64,000 nt of DNA from Candidatus Thorarchaeota archaeon SMTZ1-45. Its GTDB lineage: Archaea; Asgardarchaeota; Thorarchaeia; Thorarchaeales; Thorarchaeaceae. The position numbers were made by a program, and so were the translations under genes. Where the stretch lies: the NCBI GenBank assembly GCA_001563335.1, contig LRSL01000086.1:1-64000 (forward strand). Reading direction: 5' to 3'. Below are positions 9,298 through 18,739 of the stretch, in pieces. Position 1 is the first letter of the stretch; every line of letters begins with the position of its first letter. A model generated the notes under the pieces. That model saw nothing but the letters and a program-made list of their open reading frames with translations. It was not told the DNA's origin and did no database searches.

Positions 9298-9504
9298 CTA
9301 GTTCCAAAAAATGTAGGGAATACCATTCATCCGAGCAAGAATGCAGTCAATACACACCCATTGTCCGCTGATGAAGAAGCTTCTTTCGAATCGGGGTATT
9401 ATCGTATCGCACACGTTACACCTTCGTAGTTCTGTGTTATAGTTCTCATTAAGAAACACAAGTAACAAGGACATTAATTTCGCATTCTGTTGTTGAATTA
9501 ACAT
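9298..9504 (-). CDS. small zinc-finger protein
   Basis: CNVC...CIDC pair; ends just upstream of the phosphorylase gene on the same strand. Confidence 0.55.
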   Translation of the reverse strand: MLIQQQNAKLMSLLLVFLNENYNTELRRCNVCDTIIPRFERSFFISGQWVCIDCILARMNGIPYIFWN

Positions 9505-9629
9505 CTATAATCACATCCTTAGTATTGTGAGGCTCATTCCTTATTAGAGCCACAGAACAATTTTCTAATAGTGCAAATCGCTCCATTATAGTTGCTTGTG
9601 AGTGAGAATCTTGAAAGGAGCAATAGTCT

Positions 9630-10001
9630 ATGGGACAAGAGTTCAGCTATTTCTGCTACCGGTGTGGTAGAGAGAATAGACTAAATCTACCAATGCCAAA
9701 TGCACCAGATTACCACCATACAAACTTGGCTTGTAAAAACTGTGGAGATGGGACTCACATTCTCGTTAGCCATTGTCCAAAATGTAGCCGTTATGTATAT
9801 TGGATCAATGACATGTCAATTCCAAGTCTTGTAGAGAGTTTTGCAAGGTATATGGTTCATAATATGCAGGCGCTAATAGATAAAGCTGCAATGCAAGGGT
9901 CTTCAATCAGTATTGACACGCCTCATGTATATCCAATACAGGCGACCTGTCCCTGTGGTGAAAAAATAACAGTTAATCTGCCAATTCCTGATATGGACTG
10001 A
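9630..10001 (+). CDS. multi-CxxC zinc-binding hypothetical protein
   Basis: CYRC, CKNC, CPKC, CPCG; AAAGGAG RBS upstream. Confidence 0.75.
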   Translation: MGQEFSYFCYRCGRENRLNLPMPNAPDYHHTNLACKNCGDGTHILVSHCPKCSRYVYWINDMSIPSLVESFARYMVHNMQALIDKAAMQGSSISIDTPHVYPIQATCPCGEKITVNLPIPDMD

Positions 10002-10047
10002 TTACATAATTTCCCTACTAGTTTCGTCAGTGCTGAAAGTAATTTTA

Positions 10048-10716
10048 TCAAGTTGCTTTGCTGGTTGTGCCACTCTTTGAAAACCAGTCACATATCCCTG
10101 ACAAAGGACACAAACTACACCTTGGATTCTTCTTCAAGCAAATGGTAGCTACAAGGTCTATGATTCCCCAGTATAGTCGGGCATCCTGTTGACCCCCAAC
10201 CCTGGACATAAATTCCCAAGCTTTGATATCAGTGGGACCCGCAAATCGAATCCCATAGACGCGTGAAATGAAATGAATCACATTTCCGTCAACTAGAGAA
10301 ACAGATTCCCTAAATGCAAAATTCATGACTGCAGATGCAGTGTAAGACCCAACTCCTGGAAGTGCTTGAAGGTTCGCGTGGGAGTTAGGAATCTCACCAT
10401 CATATTCCTTGAGTATGATTAAAGCGGTTTTCTTAAGGTGCATTGCTCTAACAGATTGAAGCCCTAAAGATTTCAAGAATTGTGCAATTGTGGTTTCACT
10501 TGCTTGTGCAAGTTTCTTAGGAGAGTCAAAATTGCTCATGAAGTCATTAAATACTCTTGACACAGCAGAAGCTGTTGTTCTACGAAGAAGCATTTCAGCT
10601 ATCAGAATCTGGTAGGGGTCAGTAGTACTCCTCCATGGAAATTTACGACCATTTTTGTCATACCAATCAATTACTCTCTTTCTTACAATAGCATGTGTTC
10701 TAGCATTGCCATGCAT
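10048..10716 (-). CDS. HhH-GPD DNA glycosylase, Mig-like (T/U:G mismatch) or MutY-like
   Basis: FPWR, EMLLRRTT (Mig-type), LPGVGSYTA, VDGNV and C-x6-C-x2-C-x5-C Fe-S motif. Confidence 0.85.
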   Translation of the reverse strand: MHGNARTHAIVRKRVIDWYDKNGRKFPWRSTTDPYQILIAEMLLRRTTASAVSRVFNDFMSNFDSPKKLAQASETTIAQFLKSLGLQSVRAMHLKKTALIILKEYDGEIPNSHANLQALPGVGSYTASAVMNFAFRESVSLVDGNVIHFISRVYGIRFAGPTDIKAWEFMSRVGGQQDARLYWGIIDLVATICLKKNPRCSLCPLSGICDWFSKSGTTSKAT

Positions 10717-10725
10717 TGAGCTCCC

Positions 10726-11289
10726 TCACTCTTTTCTGAGGAGATCTGAAACAATCTGTGGAATTTTCAGAGGCGAGTCTACTACAATTACTCGATCCAT
10801 TTCTCTGAGTCGCTTGACATTTTCCAAATCGACTATACGCGGTTTAATTAAGAATACTTCGCCTTTGGGTCCAACTGTCCTTACTTCTTCATCAACTTGG
10901 TCTACGGGATATAGTAATACTGGTGTACTTCCCTTTAGTGTCTGGGCGATAGCATTAGTGATAAGCGTGTCAGCTATTCCATGCGCAATCTTGGCTGTAG
11001 AATTCGCAGTCAAGGGAGCCACAATGAAAGCGTCGTACTTGCCTATTTGAAGAGGACCAGCAATGAATGGCACATTTGCATTGGACTCCTTAAGGACCTT
11101 AGAGAAAGATCCATTTAGCTCATCCCAAAGACCATAGAGACGCAACATCTGTTCCCCTGCTTTCGAAACGATGACAGTGAGTCGGATGTTCTCGTCAGAT
11201 TCTAGTTGTTTCATGGTTTTTATTATCTCATGTATCAAATCGCCAGAACCAGTGATTCCCCAGACAATACGTGCCAATGTAATCATCAC
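10726..11289 (-). CDS. afpA: archaeoflavoprotein AfpA-like flavoprotein
   Basis: WGITGSGD, SKAGEQ, APLTANSTAKIAHGIADTLITNA, YPVDQ. Confidence 0.8.
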   Translation of the reverse strand: MMITLARIVWGITGSGDLIHEIIKTMKQLESDENIRLTVIVSKAGEQMLRLYGLWDELNGSFSKVLKESNANVPFIAGPLQIGKYDAFIVAPLTANSTAKIAHGIADTLITNAIAQTLKGSTPVLLYPVDQVDEEVRTVGPKGEVFLIKPRIVDLENVKRLREMDRVIVVDSPLKIPQIVSDLLRKE

Positions 11290-11355
11290 AGACTATTCGT
11301 ACATGCAGAAATAAATATCCCTTAACAAAAGCTGGATATTTGAGAGGGGGATGTA

Positions 11356-12384
11356 TTGAAATGTAGTGATTTGATTGAGATGAGTAGTTCATATAAATTG
11401 AGTATTGGCATCACTACACACATGGGGGTAAATGCAACAAGCTGGATTGCTCAAAACTCAGACTCTCTTGGAGCCGGTAGTATCTGGGTCGGAGAGGATA
11501 TCGCGCTAGGACAGGAAACTTTTGTTCTCACTGCATCATCATTACTTCAGTCAAAGAGTGTGAGGGTAGGTACAGGTATTATACCCGTGACTGTTCACAA
11601 TGTTTCCACACTCGCTCGGACGGGCGTAACCCTTGATGAGATTGGATCTGGTAGATTCGCATATGGGCTTGGTATTGGGGGTATTCAGGATTTAGAGAAA
11701 CATGGAATTAGCATCAAGAAACCAGTCACTGAACTTCGGAAGATCGTGGAAATCCTGAAACGATTATGGTCCGGAGAAACCACTTATTCTAGTAGTGAGA
11801 TGTTTTCTTTACATGGATTTAGTTTGGAGTTAACAAATCCGATCAATATTCCAATCTTCTTAGGAGTCAGAGGACCTCAGATGTTAAAACTATCTGGTGA
11901 GATAGCGGATGGAGTCATTTTGTCAGGCCCTTTTGACTATCTACGTTATGCAATTAGTATAGTAGATAGCGCTGCAGATCAGGCTGGAAGAATAAAGGGT
12001 GAAGTTGAGAAGGTGATTTGGGTCCCGACAATTCCAACATTCAAGGGCATCCAGGAAAAGGTAGCTCGAAGGGTCGTTGCACTCGTGATTGCAGACACAC
12101 CGGATGCAGTCCTCGATATGCTCTCTGTTGACAGGGATAAAGTGAATCAGATTCGAGAGGTTGTCGCCTCATCTAGTCCTAAAGAGGGTGCTGAGTTTGT
12201 TGATGATGAACTACTTGATGTCTTCTCGATAAGTGGTTCAAAAGAGCATATGGTTGATCGATTTGAGGAATTGGTTGGTATTGGTGCTACTGAGGTCGTG
12301 ATTGGGCCACCATTTTCAGGGGATTGGAGAGAGGCTTTGGTTGAGATATTCGCTGAGGTGGATTCTAGGAGGAGCATACCATGA
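11356..12384 (+). CDS. LLM-class (Mer-like) F420-dependent oxidoreductase
   Basis: IWVGED, RVGTGI, SGRFAYGLGIG, GPQMLKLSGEIADGV. Confidence 0.85.
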   Translation: MKCSDLIEMSSSYKLSIGITTHMGVNATSWIAQNSDSLGAGSIWVGEDIALGQETFVLTASSLLQSKSVRVGTGIIPVTVHNVSTLARTGVTLDEIGSGRFAYGLGIGGIQDLEKHGISIKKPVTELRKIVEILKRLWSGETTYSSSEMFSLHGFSLELTNPINIPIFLGVRGPQMLKLSGEIADGVILSGPFDYLRYAISIVDSAADQAGRIKGEVEKVIWVPTIPTFKGIQEKVARRVVALVIADTPDAVLDMLSVDRDKVNQIREVVASSSPKEGAEFVDDELLDVFSISGSKEHMVDRFEELVGIGATEVVIGPPFSGDWREALVEIFAEVDSRRSIP

Positions 12385-13292
12385 GATGGGGAGTAGCACT
12401 CAATGTAAGAGAGAAACTATCTGATACAGTGCGAAAAGCAGAAATCGCTGATCAAGGTGGAATAGACCAAGTATGGGTGACTGATTTTCCGGCAATCAGA
12501 TACGCACCAGCTGTGGCTGCAGCAGTTGCAGAAAGAACAACTGAATGTAGGATAGGAGTTGGGCTTGTTAGTCCCCTTCTATATTCTGTGACCCAGATTG
12601 TACAATTCATGTCAACATTGGCTGATACCTATGGTGAACGATTTGACCTTTTGCTTGGTCCTGGAGACAGACATGCGCTTGCTAGTATAGGCATCAAACA
12701 CTCAGCAAAACTAATGGTTGGCAAAACTAAGACTGCGCTAGAAAAGGTCAGGCACGAGCTATCAGAAGCGGGGCATAATAGTTCTGTATTTCTTGGAGCC
12801 CAAGGACCTGTTATGATTAAGGCATCATTGAAGGCAGATGGTGTTTTACTTAATTATGCGGACCTTGAGATGGTTGACTGGGCGTTAAGTCAAATCAGGA
12901 ACAAAGTTCCAAAAAACTTTCATCTTGGGATTTTTCCACCAACATTTGTTGGTGATTGCAAGGATTTTGAGCGTAACCAGAGAGTTTCCTTTTCAGCGGC
13001 AATGGTAGCTATAGGTATAAACAGTATCATAAGCGAATCATTTGGTTTTCGGGATAAAATAGAAAAAGCTAGAAGTCTGATGAAGGAACGTCAGCAAATC
13101 GATTCTGAGGTTGTTAAATCTCTGGGAAGAGAGATTTTGCAGAGGTTTGTTTTTTGTGGGACTGGTGAGCAACTTAAGGACTATCTAAAGGAGCTAGAAG
13201 GGATTGGCATCTCGTCGGTTGTTTTTGGACCTCCTCAAGGAACAAGACGGAATGGCATAGAAATCTTGGTGAATGTAAAGTCGGTCATATAG
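12381..13292 (+). CDS. LLM-class (Mer-like) oxidoreductase, second paralog
   Basis: VWVTD, LLLGPGD, LGAQGPVM, ADGVLLN; ATGA overlap with the previous gene. Confidence 0.8.
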   Translation: MRWGVALNVREKLSDTVRKAEIADQGGIDQVWVTDFPAIRYAPAVAAAVAERTTECRIGVGLVSPLLYSVTQIVQFMSTLADTYGERFDLLLGPGDRHALASIGIKHSAKLMVGKTKTALEKVRHELSEAGHNSSVFLGAQGPVMIKASLKADGVLLNYADLEMVDWALSQIRNKVPKNFHLGIFPPTFVGDCKDFERNQRVSFSAAMVAIGINSIISESFGFRDKIEKARSLMKERQQIDSEVVKSLGREILQRFVFCGTGEQLKDYLKELEGIGISSVVFGPPQGTRRNGIEILVNVKSVI

Positions 13293-13298
13293 GACGGA

Positions 13299-14771
13299 TT
13301 ATGATGGAAGATATTGACGTAAGTCGACATCTTCTGGTTTTACTGACCAGACTCCTTCTTTGTACTTCCAATTCCTGGTTAAGTCAATAGTTGATCTTGA
13401 TCCTCTTTGACTGATTGTCATGATTGGTTGGACTATCTCAACACCATTCATCTGTTGAAGTGCCCGAAATACTTGGTAATATTCAACCTGGTGGTTTGCT
13501 GGCACGCTGCTCCAAACAATAATACCTCGACTTGAGAGATAATACATAGTCCATGGGAAAGTGACAATTGTTGCTAGGATTCGATCCCTCCATGCTTCAT
13601 TGCATACGATTTCAAAGCAGAAATTCGATGATAACCCGAGTCCAGACACAGCAACATATGGAAGTATGAGAGAACGGCTGTTGAGTTTATTGATAACCTG
13701 AGAGACCCGACGTGGGTCAATGTCCCATCCATAGGCGAAAAGACTCTTACTGATTTTACTTGGTGGTGCCCTAGCATTAAGTTGAAGCTGTGACCCAACA
13801 GCTAGTTCAGTCGCACCAAACTCGGGTTGAATCCCCTTACAGATCAACAGTACGGGCAGTTTATCGATTTCTGGTATTCTTTCCTCAAATGGGGATTCAA
13901 CAACTCTAGCAAGTGTCCATTGACCATTTTCGAAAAGTGATAGATTCGATCTTGCACCGGAACCAGTCTGATAGTGCAAACTTGAGTAGTCAAAGTATGT
14001 ACTTGAAACAGATCTTATTGAATCATGGAACACTGACATGTTTCTATCCCTATTAGGAATCATGAAACTTACATATCCAAGATCGGTCATGGTTGTCTTT
14101 AGAAGGCTCTTGGTGAATCCATACTCAGAAAAGCCCTGCTCAACTTCTTCCCAGTTAACATCCTCTTGAAGTGTGAAGAAAAGCATTGCAGATTGAATAT
14201 TGAATGCAGTATAGTCGAGAATTGCACTATATCTCACTAGATGTCGTTCGCGAAGACGGTCCAAAGCCCTGGCAACAGTTCTAGGAGCCATCTGTAAGAT
14301 CTCTGCACATTTTACAAGAGAAATAGTTGGGTTGATTGCCAAGACTTTGAGAACATCAAAGTCTGTCTGTGTAATCGGTGTTTCTTCCATAAGAAAAGCA
14401 AATGTATAGGCAGACCTAACAGCATCCCGTGTTAGAAGGTTGAACTTGCTAAGTGTTTTCAAGTTCTCCAGAACTTTGTTCTTGAAACTTTCTCTAATTG
14501 GTACAAGCGTGGGATTTGTTGGATAGGACACATATTCAGGATTTAGCTTTAGATGTTCAACTGCGTTCACAGCCTCATCCATTGTGAGACTACCTGCACA
14601 AATTCCAAGATAGATTCTCATTGCATCCAGATAGAATTGGACTGAAGGTTCTGTGACTTTTGGTATAAGATCATCGTAGGGAGTTTCTATATCAATAGGG
14701 GAAAACCTACTTTGGGGCTTGTCTTGAGTAGAGTCTTTAATTCCCATACGAGTTTTATCCAATTTCTTCAA
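13299..14771 (-). CDS. tandem wHTH + RAM (Lrp/AsnC-like) protein with extra N-terminal domain
   Basis: DFDVLKVLAINPTISLVKCAEILQMAPRTVARALDRL followed by DYTAFNI; second unit NARAPPSKIS...RRVSQVINKL...SGLGL. Confidence 0.65.
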   Translation of the reverse strand: MKKLDKTRMGIKDSTQDKPQSRFSPIDIETPYDDLIPKVTEPSVQFYLDAMRIYLGICAGSLTMDEAVNAVEHLKLNPEYVSYPTNPTLVPIRESFKNKVLENLKTLSKFNLLTRDAVRSAYTFAFLMEETPITQTDFDVLKVLAINPTISLVKCAEILQMAPRTVARALDRLRERHLVRYSAILDYTAFNIQSAMLFFTLQEDVNWEEVEQGFSEYGFTKSLLKTTMTDLGYVSFMIPNRDRNMSVFHDSIRSVSSTYFDYSSLHYQTGSGARSNLSLFENGQWTLARVVESPFEERIPEIDKLPVLLICKGIQPEFGATELAVGSQLQLNARAPPSKISKSLFAYGWDIDPRRVSQVINKLNSRSLILPYVAVSGLGLSSNFCFEIVCNEAWRDRILATIVTFPWTMYYLSSRGIIVWSSVPANHQVEYYQVFRALQQMNGVEIVQPIMTISQRGSRSTIDLTRNWKYKEGVWSVKPEDVDLRQYLPS

Positions 14772-15877
14772 CGCCGAGGATCATGATCTCCAGAGGGCAT
14801 GCGTGATGTTATCGATGACACCACACTCTCAAGTCGTTTACCAATCTCGTTACGGTCCGCTATAAATGTGCATATCTCTGAGGTTTTACCTGCTTGATCA
14901 GTCAGTATTTGTGTCATAGTCAACCAATCAACTGTTCTGGGAGCTTCTAAATCAAGTATAGTCAATGAAGTCCCTGATACGACTCTTGCCTTTGGGAAGG
15001 TACTTGCTTGAGCATGGAGCACCCGTGATAGAGGAGATTTTTCTGATTCTGTCTTAATGCTGACTATAAGCTTCTGCGAAAGTCCGATATTTTGAAGGTC
15101 TACGTAGGGAATGGAAACAGTTCTTCTCATTCTAGCAATTTTTCTTCGAAGTGTTCTGCCTGCACTGGGCTTGATGCCCAAGTTAGAGAATCTATCTGCT
15201 AGTTCGGTCGCAGTCACATAATAATTCGATTCTATTGCAGCTGTTGTAAGCAGATCTTCTGTTGAGAATGTATCACCTTTACTTTGCTCCACAGTCCCCA
15301 CTGAAGGTAGAATATCCACGTAGTCTTTTGCCGCATCAATAGTTGCAAGGAGCCTGAAATCATGACTGAATGTCCAAGTATTTCCATTGAACAATGCCAA
15401 GTTCATATGATGAGAGGTGCTAAGTGCTTCATCAAGTTCAATGTTTAATTGGTAGGGTTTCTTTCTGAATCGTTCAACCTGCTTATGAAACCAAGAATAC
15501 CTATCATCAACTGGAATTATCGCTTCAAAATATATCATATCTTCTAAAGTTGATGACATCATTGATTTCGTCAGTCTGGTTACAAAAGCATTAGATTGTA
15601 ACCATCGTGAGAATTTTGTTAGAACATCAGACATTCCTGAAGTCTGTGCCCATCCAAACAAAAGGCGAAGACCAATTTGACCATAGTCAATATTGCCACG
15701 TATAGCCAATCCATGTTCATATTCAAGCTTTGTCCACAGTTGGTTTACAGCAGATCGTGTCACATCTAATTCACGTGCTAGAGTTGATTGTCGCATCGAT
15801 GGTGCGATCGCTAGTCTATTCAATAATCGTAATTCGCTTCTGCCCAGAGGTTTTGATGTTGTCAACAGAATACCCAC
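14768..15877 (-). CDS. tandem wHTH + RAM (Lrp/AsnC-like) protein
   Basis: ELRLLNRL...STLARELDVTRSAVNQLWTKL...IDYGQIGL; second unit TATELADRF...RTLRRKIARM...DLQNIGL; 4-nt overlap with its partner. Confidence 0.65.
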   Translation of the reverse strand: MGILLTTSKPLGRSELRLLNRLAIAPSMRQSTLARELDVTRSAVNQLWTKLEYEHGLAIRGNIDYGQIGLRLLFGWAQTSGMSDVLTKFSRWLQSNAFVTRLTKSMMSSTLEDMIYFEAIIPVDDRYSWFHKQVERFRKKPYQLNIELDEALSTSHHMNLALFNGNTWTFSHDFRLLATIDAAKDYVDILPSVGTVEQSKGDTFSTEDLLTTAAIESNYYVTATELADRFSNLGIKPSAGRTLRRKIARMRRTVSIPYVDLQNIGLSQKLIVSIKTESEKSPLSRVLHAQASTFPKARVVSGTSLTILDLEAPRTVDWLTMTQILTDQAGKTSEICTFIADRNEIGKRLESVVSSITSRMPSGDHDPRR

Positions 15878-15916
15878 GTAATATGGCCAATTGTTTAGTT
15901 ATGAATGTGGCGTTAG

Positions 15917-15937
15917 TCCGATTTGTAGTAAATCGGA
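15917..15937. promoter_or_regulatory. palindromic candidate operator TCCGATTT-N5-AAATCGGA
   Basis: Perfect 8-bp inverted repeat in the divergent intergenic region, 40 nt upstream of the HTH operon. Confidence 0.45.
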
Positions 15938-16074
15938 ATGAATTTGTTCGATTTTTGTCATGTATTTCTTAGGATATGCCCTAAAATAGCGCTAAGAGGC
16001 TTACTAGAAGTGGTTCTAGGTCCAGCACTCCCTTATTATACCAGTTTCCTAATCTCTTTCTTGGATTCACACTG

Positions 16075-16222
16075 CAGACTGAGCTCAGAAGTTAGGTAAT
16101 ACTGACTTGGTCAGTTGTATCTATCTTCCTAGTTAGTCTGAGGTAGGCGGCCAGCTATGAACCAAAAAAACATCGGCCGCATCGGCCAAAGAGTAGCAAG
16201 TGAATCCGCCATATCAACTACC
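16075..16222 (+). ncRNA. candidate structured leader RNA
   Basis: Pairings CAGACTGA/TTAGTCTG, ACTGAC/GTCAGT, GGTAG/CTACC, GGCGG/CCGCC and GGCCG/CGGCC; TATA-like TTATTATA at ~16033. Confidence 0.4.
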
Positions 16223-16382
16223 AGCGACGAAGGAGGTGAAAACGATTAGCACTGACCGGATGAGAACTCTTTACGAGAGCATGACTAAGAATCGTGCAGC
16301 ATTGGAGTTGCTATCAATCGGTGTTGTGCGCGGCATTTCTACTGTTGTGCAGCCGCCATGCGAAGATCCTAGCCCGTTCTAG
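16200..16382 (+). CDS. small hypothetical protein (true start likely after the RBS, at 16245 or 16260)
   Basis: Strong AGGAGGTGA RBS at 16231-16239; hairpin CTAGTCA/TGACTAG at the stop. Confidence 0.5.
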   Translation: MNPPYQLPATKEVKTISTDRMRTLYESMTKNRAALELLSIGVVRGISTVVQPPCEDPSPF

Positions 16383-16419
16383 TCAGCATCAGGTATGATG
16401 ACTAGTACATAGGTGATTG

Positions 16420-16494
16420 ATGGCAGACACGTCAGTTGAAATGAATCGTTGCTGGCACGGTTGGTATGGATTCTTGTCATTCTCTGCAGTGTGA
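16420..16494 (+). CDS. 24-aa peptide MADTSVEMNRCWHGWYGFLSFSAV
   Basis: AGGTGA RBS directly upstream (TTG at 16417 also in frame); read manually. Confidence 0.4.
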   Translation: MADTSVEMNRCWHGWYGFLSFSAV

Positions 16495-16678
16495 GAGTCA
16501 AAAAAGAGAGAATCTACATCGAAGGAGAATTGGACCCCGGAACCTCCCCCCAAAAGAGAATGGTCCGGGAGAGAATCCAAGGCCGACCTTTGAGATAGAA
16601 GAGAACTATGAAGTATTCGAGGAGAGAAAAAAGAAAATGAACCCACGAGCAGGCGACAATTGTATTGAACCCTGGTAA
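16466..16678 (+). CDS. possible small hypothetical protein
   Basis: ORF track; frame ambiguous because other + frames are also partly open. Confidence 0.3.
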   Translation: MDSCHSLQCESQKRENLHRRRIGPRNLPPKENGPGENPRPTFEIEENYEVFEERKKKMNPRAGDNCIEPW

Positions 16679-16705
16679 AATGAACAAAATTGCGGAAAAG
16701 CCGTA

Positions 16706-16975
16706 ATGGAGGAAAAAGAAGAAATGATACGAACACAAAAAATCGACCCAATATTCGGAGACATCTCCACGCCCGAGAACGGACGTGAGGTGGACCCATT
16801 CACTGATTCAGAAACAGTGAGACTCGTTGCAGTAAATCTTGAGTTGGCTGTTAGAAACTTGGTCAGTGCAAATGCTCCACCAGAGAGTCTTGTGGTTACA
16901 GCGGACATCGGCACACAGAAGATCATGGCTATCCCCACTGCGGATGGCGACATTAAGGTGCTAGTGTTCGAATAG
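16706..16975 (+). CDS. small hypothetical protein
   Basis: Protein-like composition with amphipathic helix and beta-strands. Confidence 0.65.
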   Translation: MEEKEEMIRTQKIDPIFGDISTPENGREVDPFTDSETVRLVAVNLELAVRNLVSANAPPESLVVTADIGTQKIMAIPTADGDIKVLVFE

Positions 16976-17241
16976 TAGCCACGGTGAATGCAATGGACCC
17001 GGCGTATTTCCGGGGTCACTATAGTCACCCCGGAGTAGTACAGTCAGAAAGGTATGTATGAAAAGTGAGGCGTCTATATAGCCTCAGTCAGTACTTCCAC
17101 TTGTTCTTACGCCGTTCATATTGAATCCGAATATGGTTTCGGAGGGGTCCCAATTGGAACGGCAGTACACATTTCAACCAGTTTGGAGAAAAGAGAATAG
17201 CGAATCTCATCTAAAATTCTGATGAAAGGAGCGAACATGAC

Positions 17242-18732
17242 TTGGATGATGGACCCTCTAAGATTGAACATGATCTTCTCGCTTGGGAGGAATTGATAGA
17301 GTCTGAGAGGGAGAGAGAAGAGAAAGAAAGACTCGACAAAATCAAAGATGAAAAAGAAAAGCTCAATGAAATAAAAGCAAGACTCGACAGAGTCAGAATA
17401 CGACTTGATGAAATAAAAGAAGATAGTCCTAGTTTAACAGAATCTCTACGTACCATCTTTTCATGGCGCAATTACTCAGTGTATCTTACGACCTCGTGGA
17501 TATTCACTGCATTCAGCTATATGGGGGCATTCTTCAACCTCTATCTGCTCGAGGAACTGGACTGGGGTATTGTGTTAATTGGAGGTGTATTGTCTGTCGT
17601 AAATGCAATTTCTGCAATCTCACGTCTAGTTGGGGGGTATGTTGGTGATGTGTCCAACAGAAAACATCTCTCTGTAGTTGCCATGTTCATGATGGCGGCA
17701 TATAATCTAATAATGGGCATCTTTGTTGAGTTCACTTGGATCATTATTGCACTCTTGTTTTTCTCGACTATGGAGATTTTCAAAGGTGGGTCAACTGCAT
17801 ACATTATGGACAACATCCCCAAACAGCATGGGGGGTTAGGGATTTCGCTCTTCAGTGCTGGAAGAGTTTTTGGTATTATTACTCTCGGTCTTTTTGTTAT
17901 ACTCACTCCATTAATGGGATTTGGAGAAAGTATGCGTTTGATGTTCTTGATTGGAGGGCTGTTTCTAATTTTCGGGACAATAGCAAGAGCTGTTCTTCTT
18001 GAGGGAACGACTCCTGATGTAAAACGAGAGGGCATATCTCTATTCAGGGATTTTATTCAAGAGAATATGAGAGCTGTTAGAATACTCCTCAGAGTTGTAC
18101 CTGGGATGATTGCCATTGTTGTTATAGATTCATTAAGTGATTCGCTGTTCAAATTTGGTGCTTACATCTATATCTATGAAAAAATAGGGATTGAGATACC
18201 TGGTTTGATCTTCATGACTATTCTCACTATAATAGTATCAGTACCAATGTTACTGGGAACTGGTAGAATGTCTGATAGACGGGGTGAGAAGAAGACTGCA
18301 CTGATTGTTTACAGCTTTATGCCGATTAGCGCATTACTCCTTATCATAGCCCCCATCTTCCCCTTCTGGGTGCCTGAACCTCTATACAATCAAGCAGAAA
18401 CAATTCTTACTGGACTAGGAGCAGTTTTCTCAACACCATTTCTCGCAATAATTTTGAAATCGGTCAATGATGCAGTCTGGTATCTCTTGCTATTGACCAT
18501 TATCCAGAAAAACCTACCAACACAAGATGCATCAAAGATACTCAGTGTGTTTTGGTTTCTTGTGTATCTATTTTCATCTATTGGGCCATCAGTTGGAGGG
18601 TTTGTATTCCATTATTTCAATCAGGTGGATCTCTTCAGCATTATACTCTTACTTAATATCATAATACTAGGATGGATTGCACGTCAAGGTCTCGTCAAGA
18701 GTCAGGAAAAAAACAGGGAATGTTCAAAATGA
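17242..18732 (+). CDS. MFS transporter with charged N-terminal extension
   Basis: About 12 hydrophobic segments; GYVGDVSNRK and GRMSDRRGEK motif-A loops. Confidence 0.85.
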   Translation: MDDGPSKIEHDLLAWEELIESEREREEKERLDKIKDEKEKLNEIKARLDRVRIRLDEIKEDSPSLTESLRTIFSWRNYSVYLTTSWIFTAFSYMGAFFNLYLLEELDWGIVLIGGVLSVVNAISAISRLVGGYVGDVSNRKHLSVVAMFMMAAYNLIMGIFVEFTWIIIALLFFSTMEIFKGGSTAYIMDNIPKQHGGLGISLFSAGRVFGIITLGLFVILTPLMGFGESMRLMFLIGGLFLIFGTIARAVLLEGTTPDVKREGISLFRDFIQENMRAVRILLRVVPGMIAIVVIDSLSDSLFKFGAYIYIYEKIGIEIPGLIFMTILTIIVSVPMLLGTGRMSDRRGEKKTALIVYSFMPISALLLIIAPIFPFWVPEPLYNQAETILTGLGAVFSTPFLAIILKSVNDAVWYLLLLTIIQKNLPTQDASKILSVFWFLVYLFSSIGPSVGGFVFHYFNQVDLFSIILLLNIIILGWIARQGLVKSQEKNRECSK

Positions 18733-18739
18733 GTAAACA

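Noticed and set aside
16420-16760. Selenocysteine readthrough of successive in-frame TGA codons after the 24-aa peptide
   Set aside because: The readthrough product has no redox motif or selenoprotein resemblance; the TGAs are explained as off-frame words of other ORFs, and no convincing SECIS was seen
17218-17240. CTGATGA as a hammerhead ribozyme core or C box
   Set aside because: No stem II followed by GAAA and no matching D-box arrangement; the region contains the MFS ribosome-binding site
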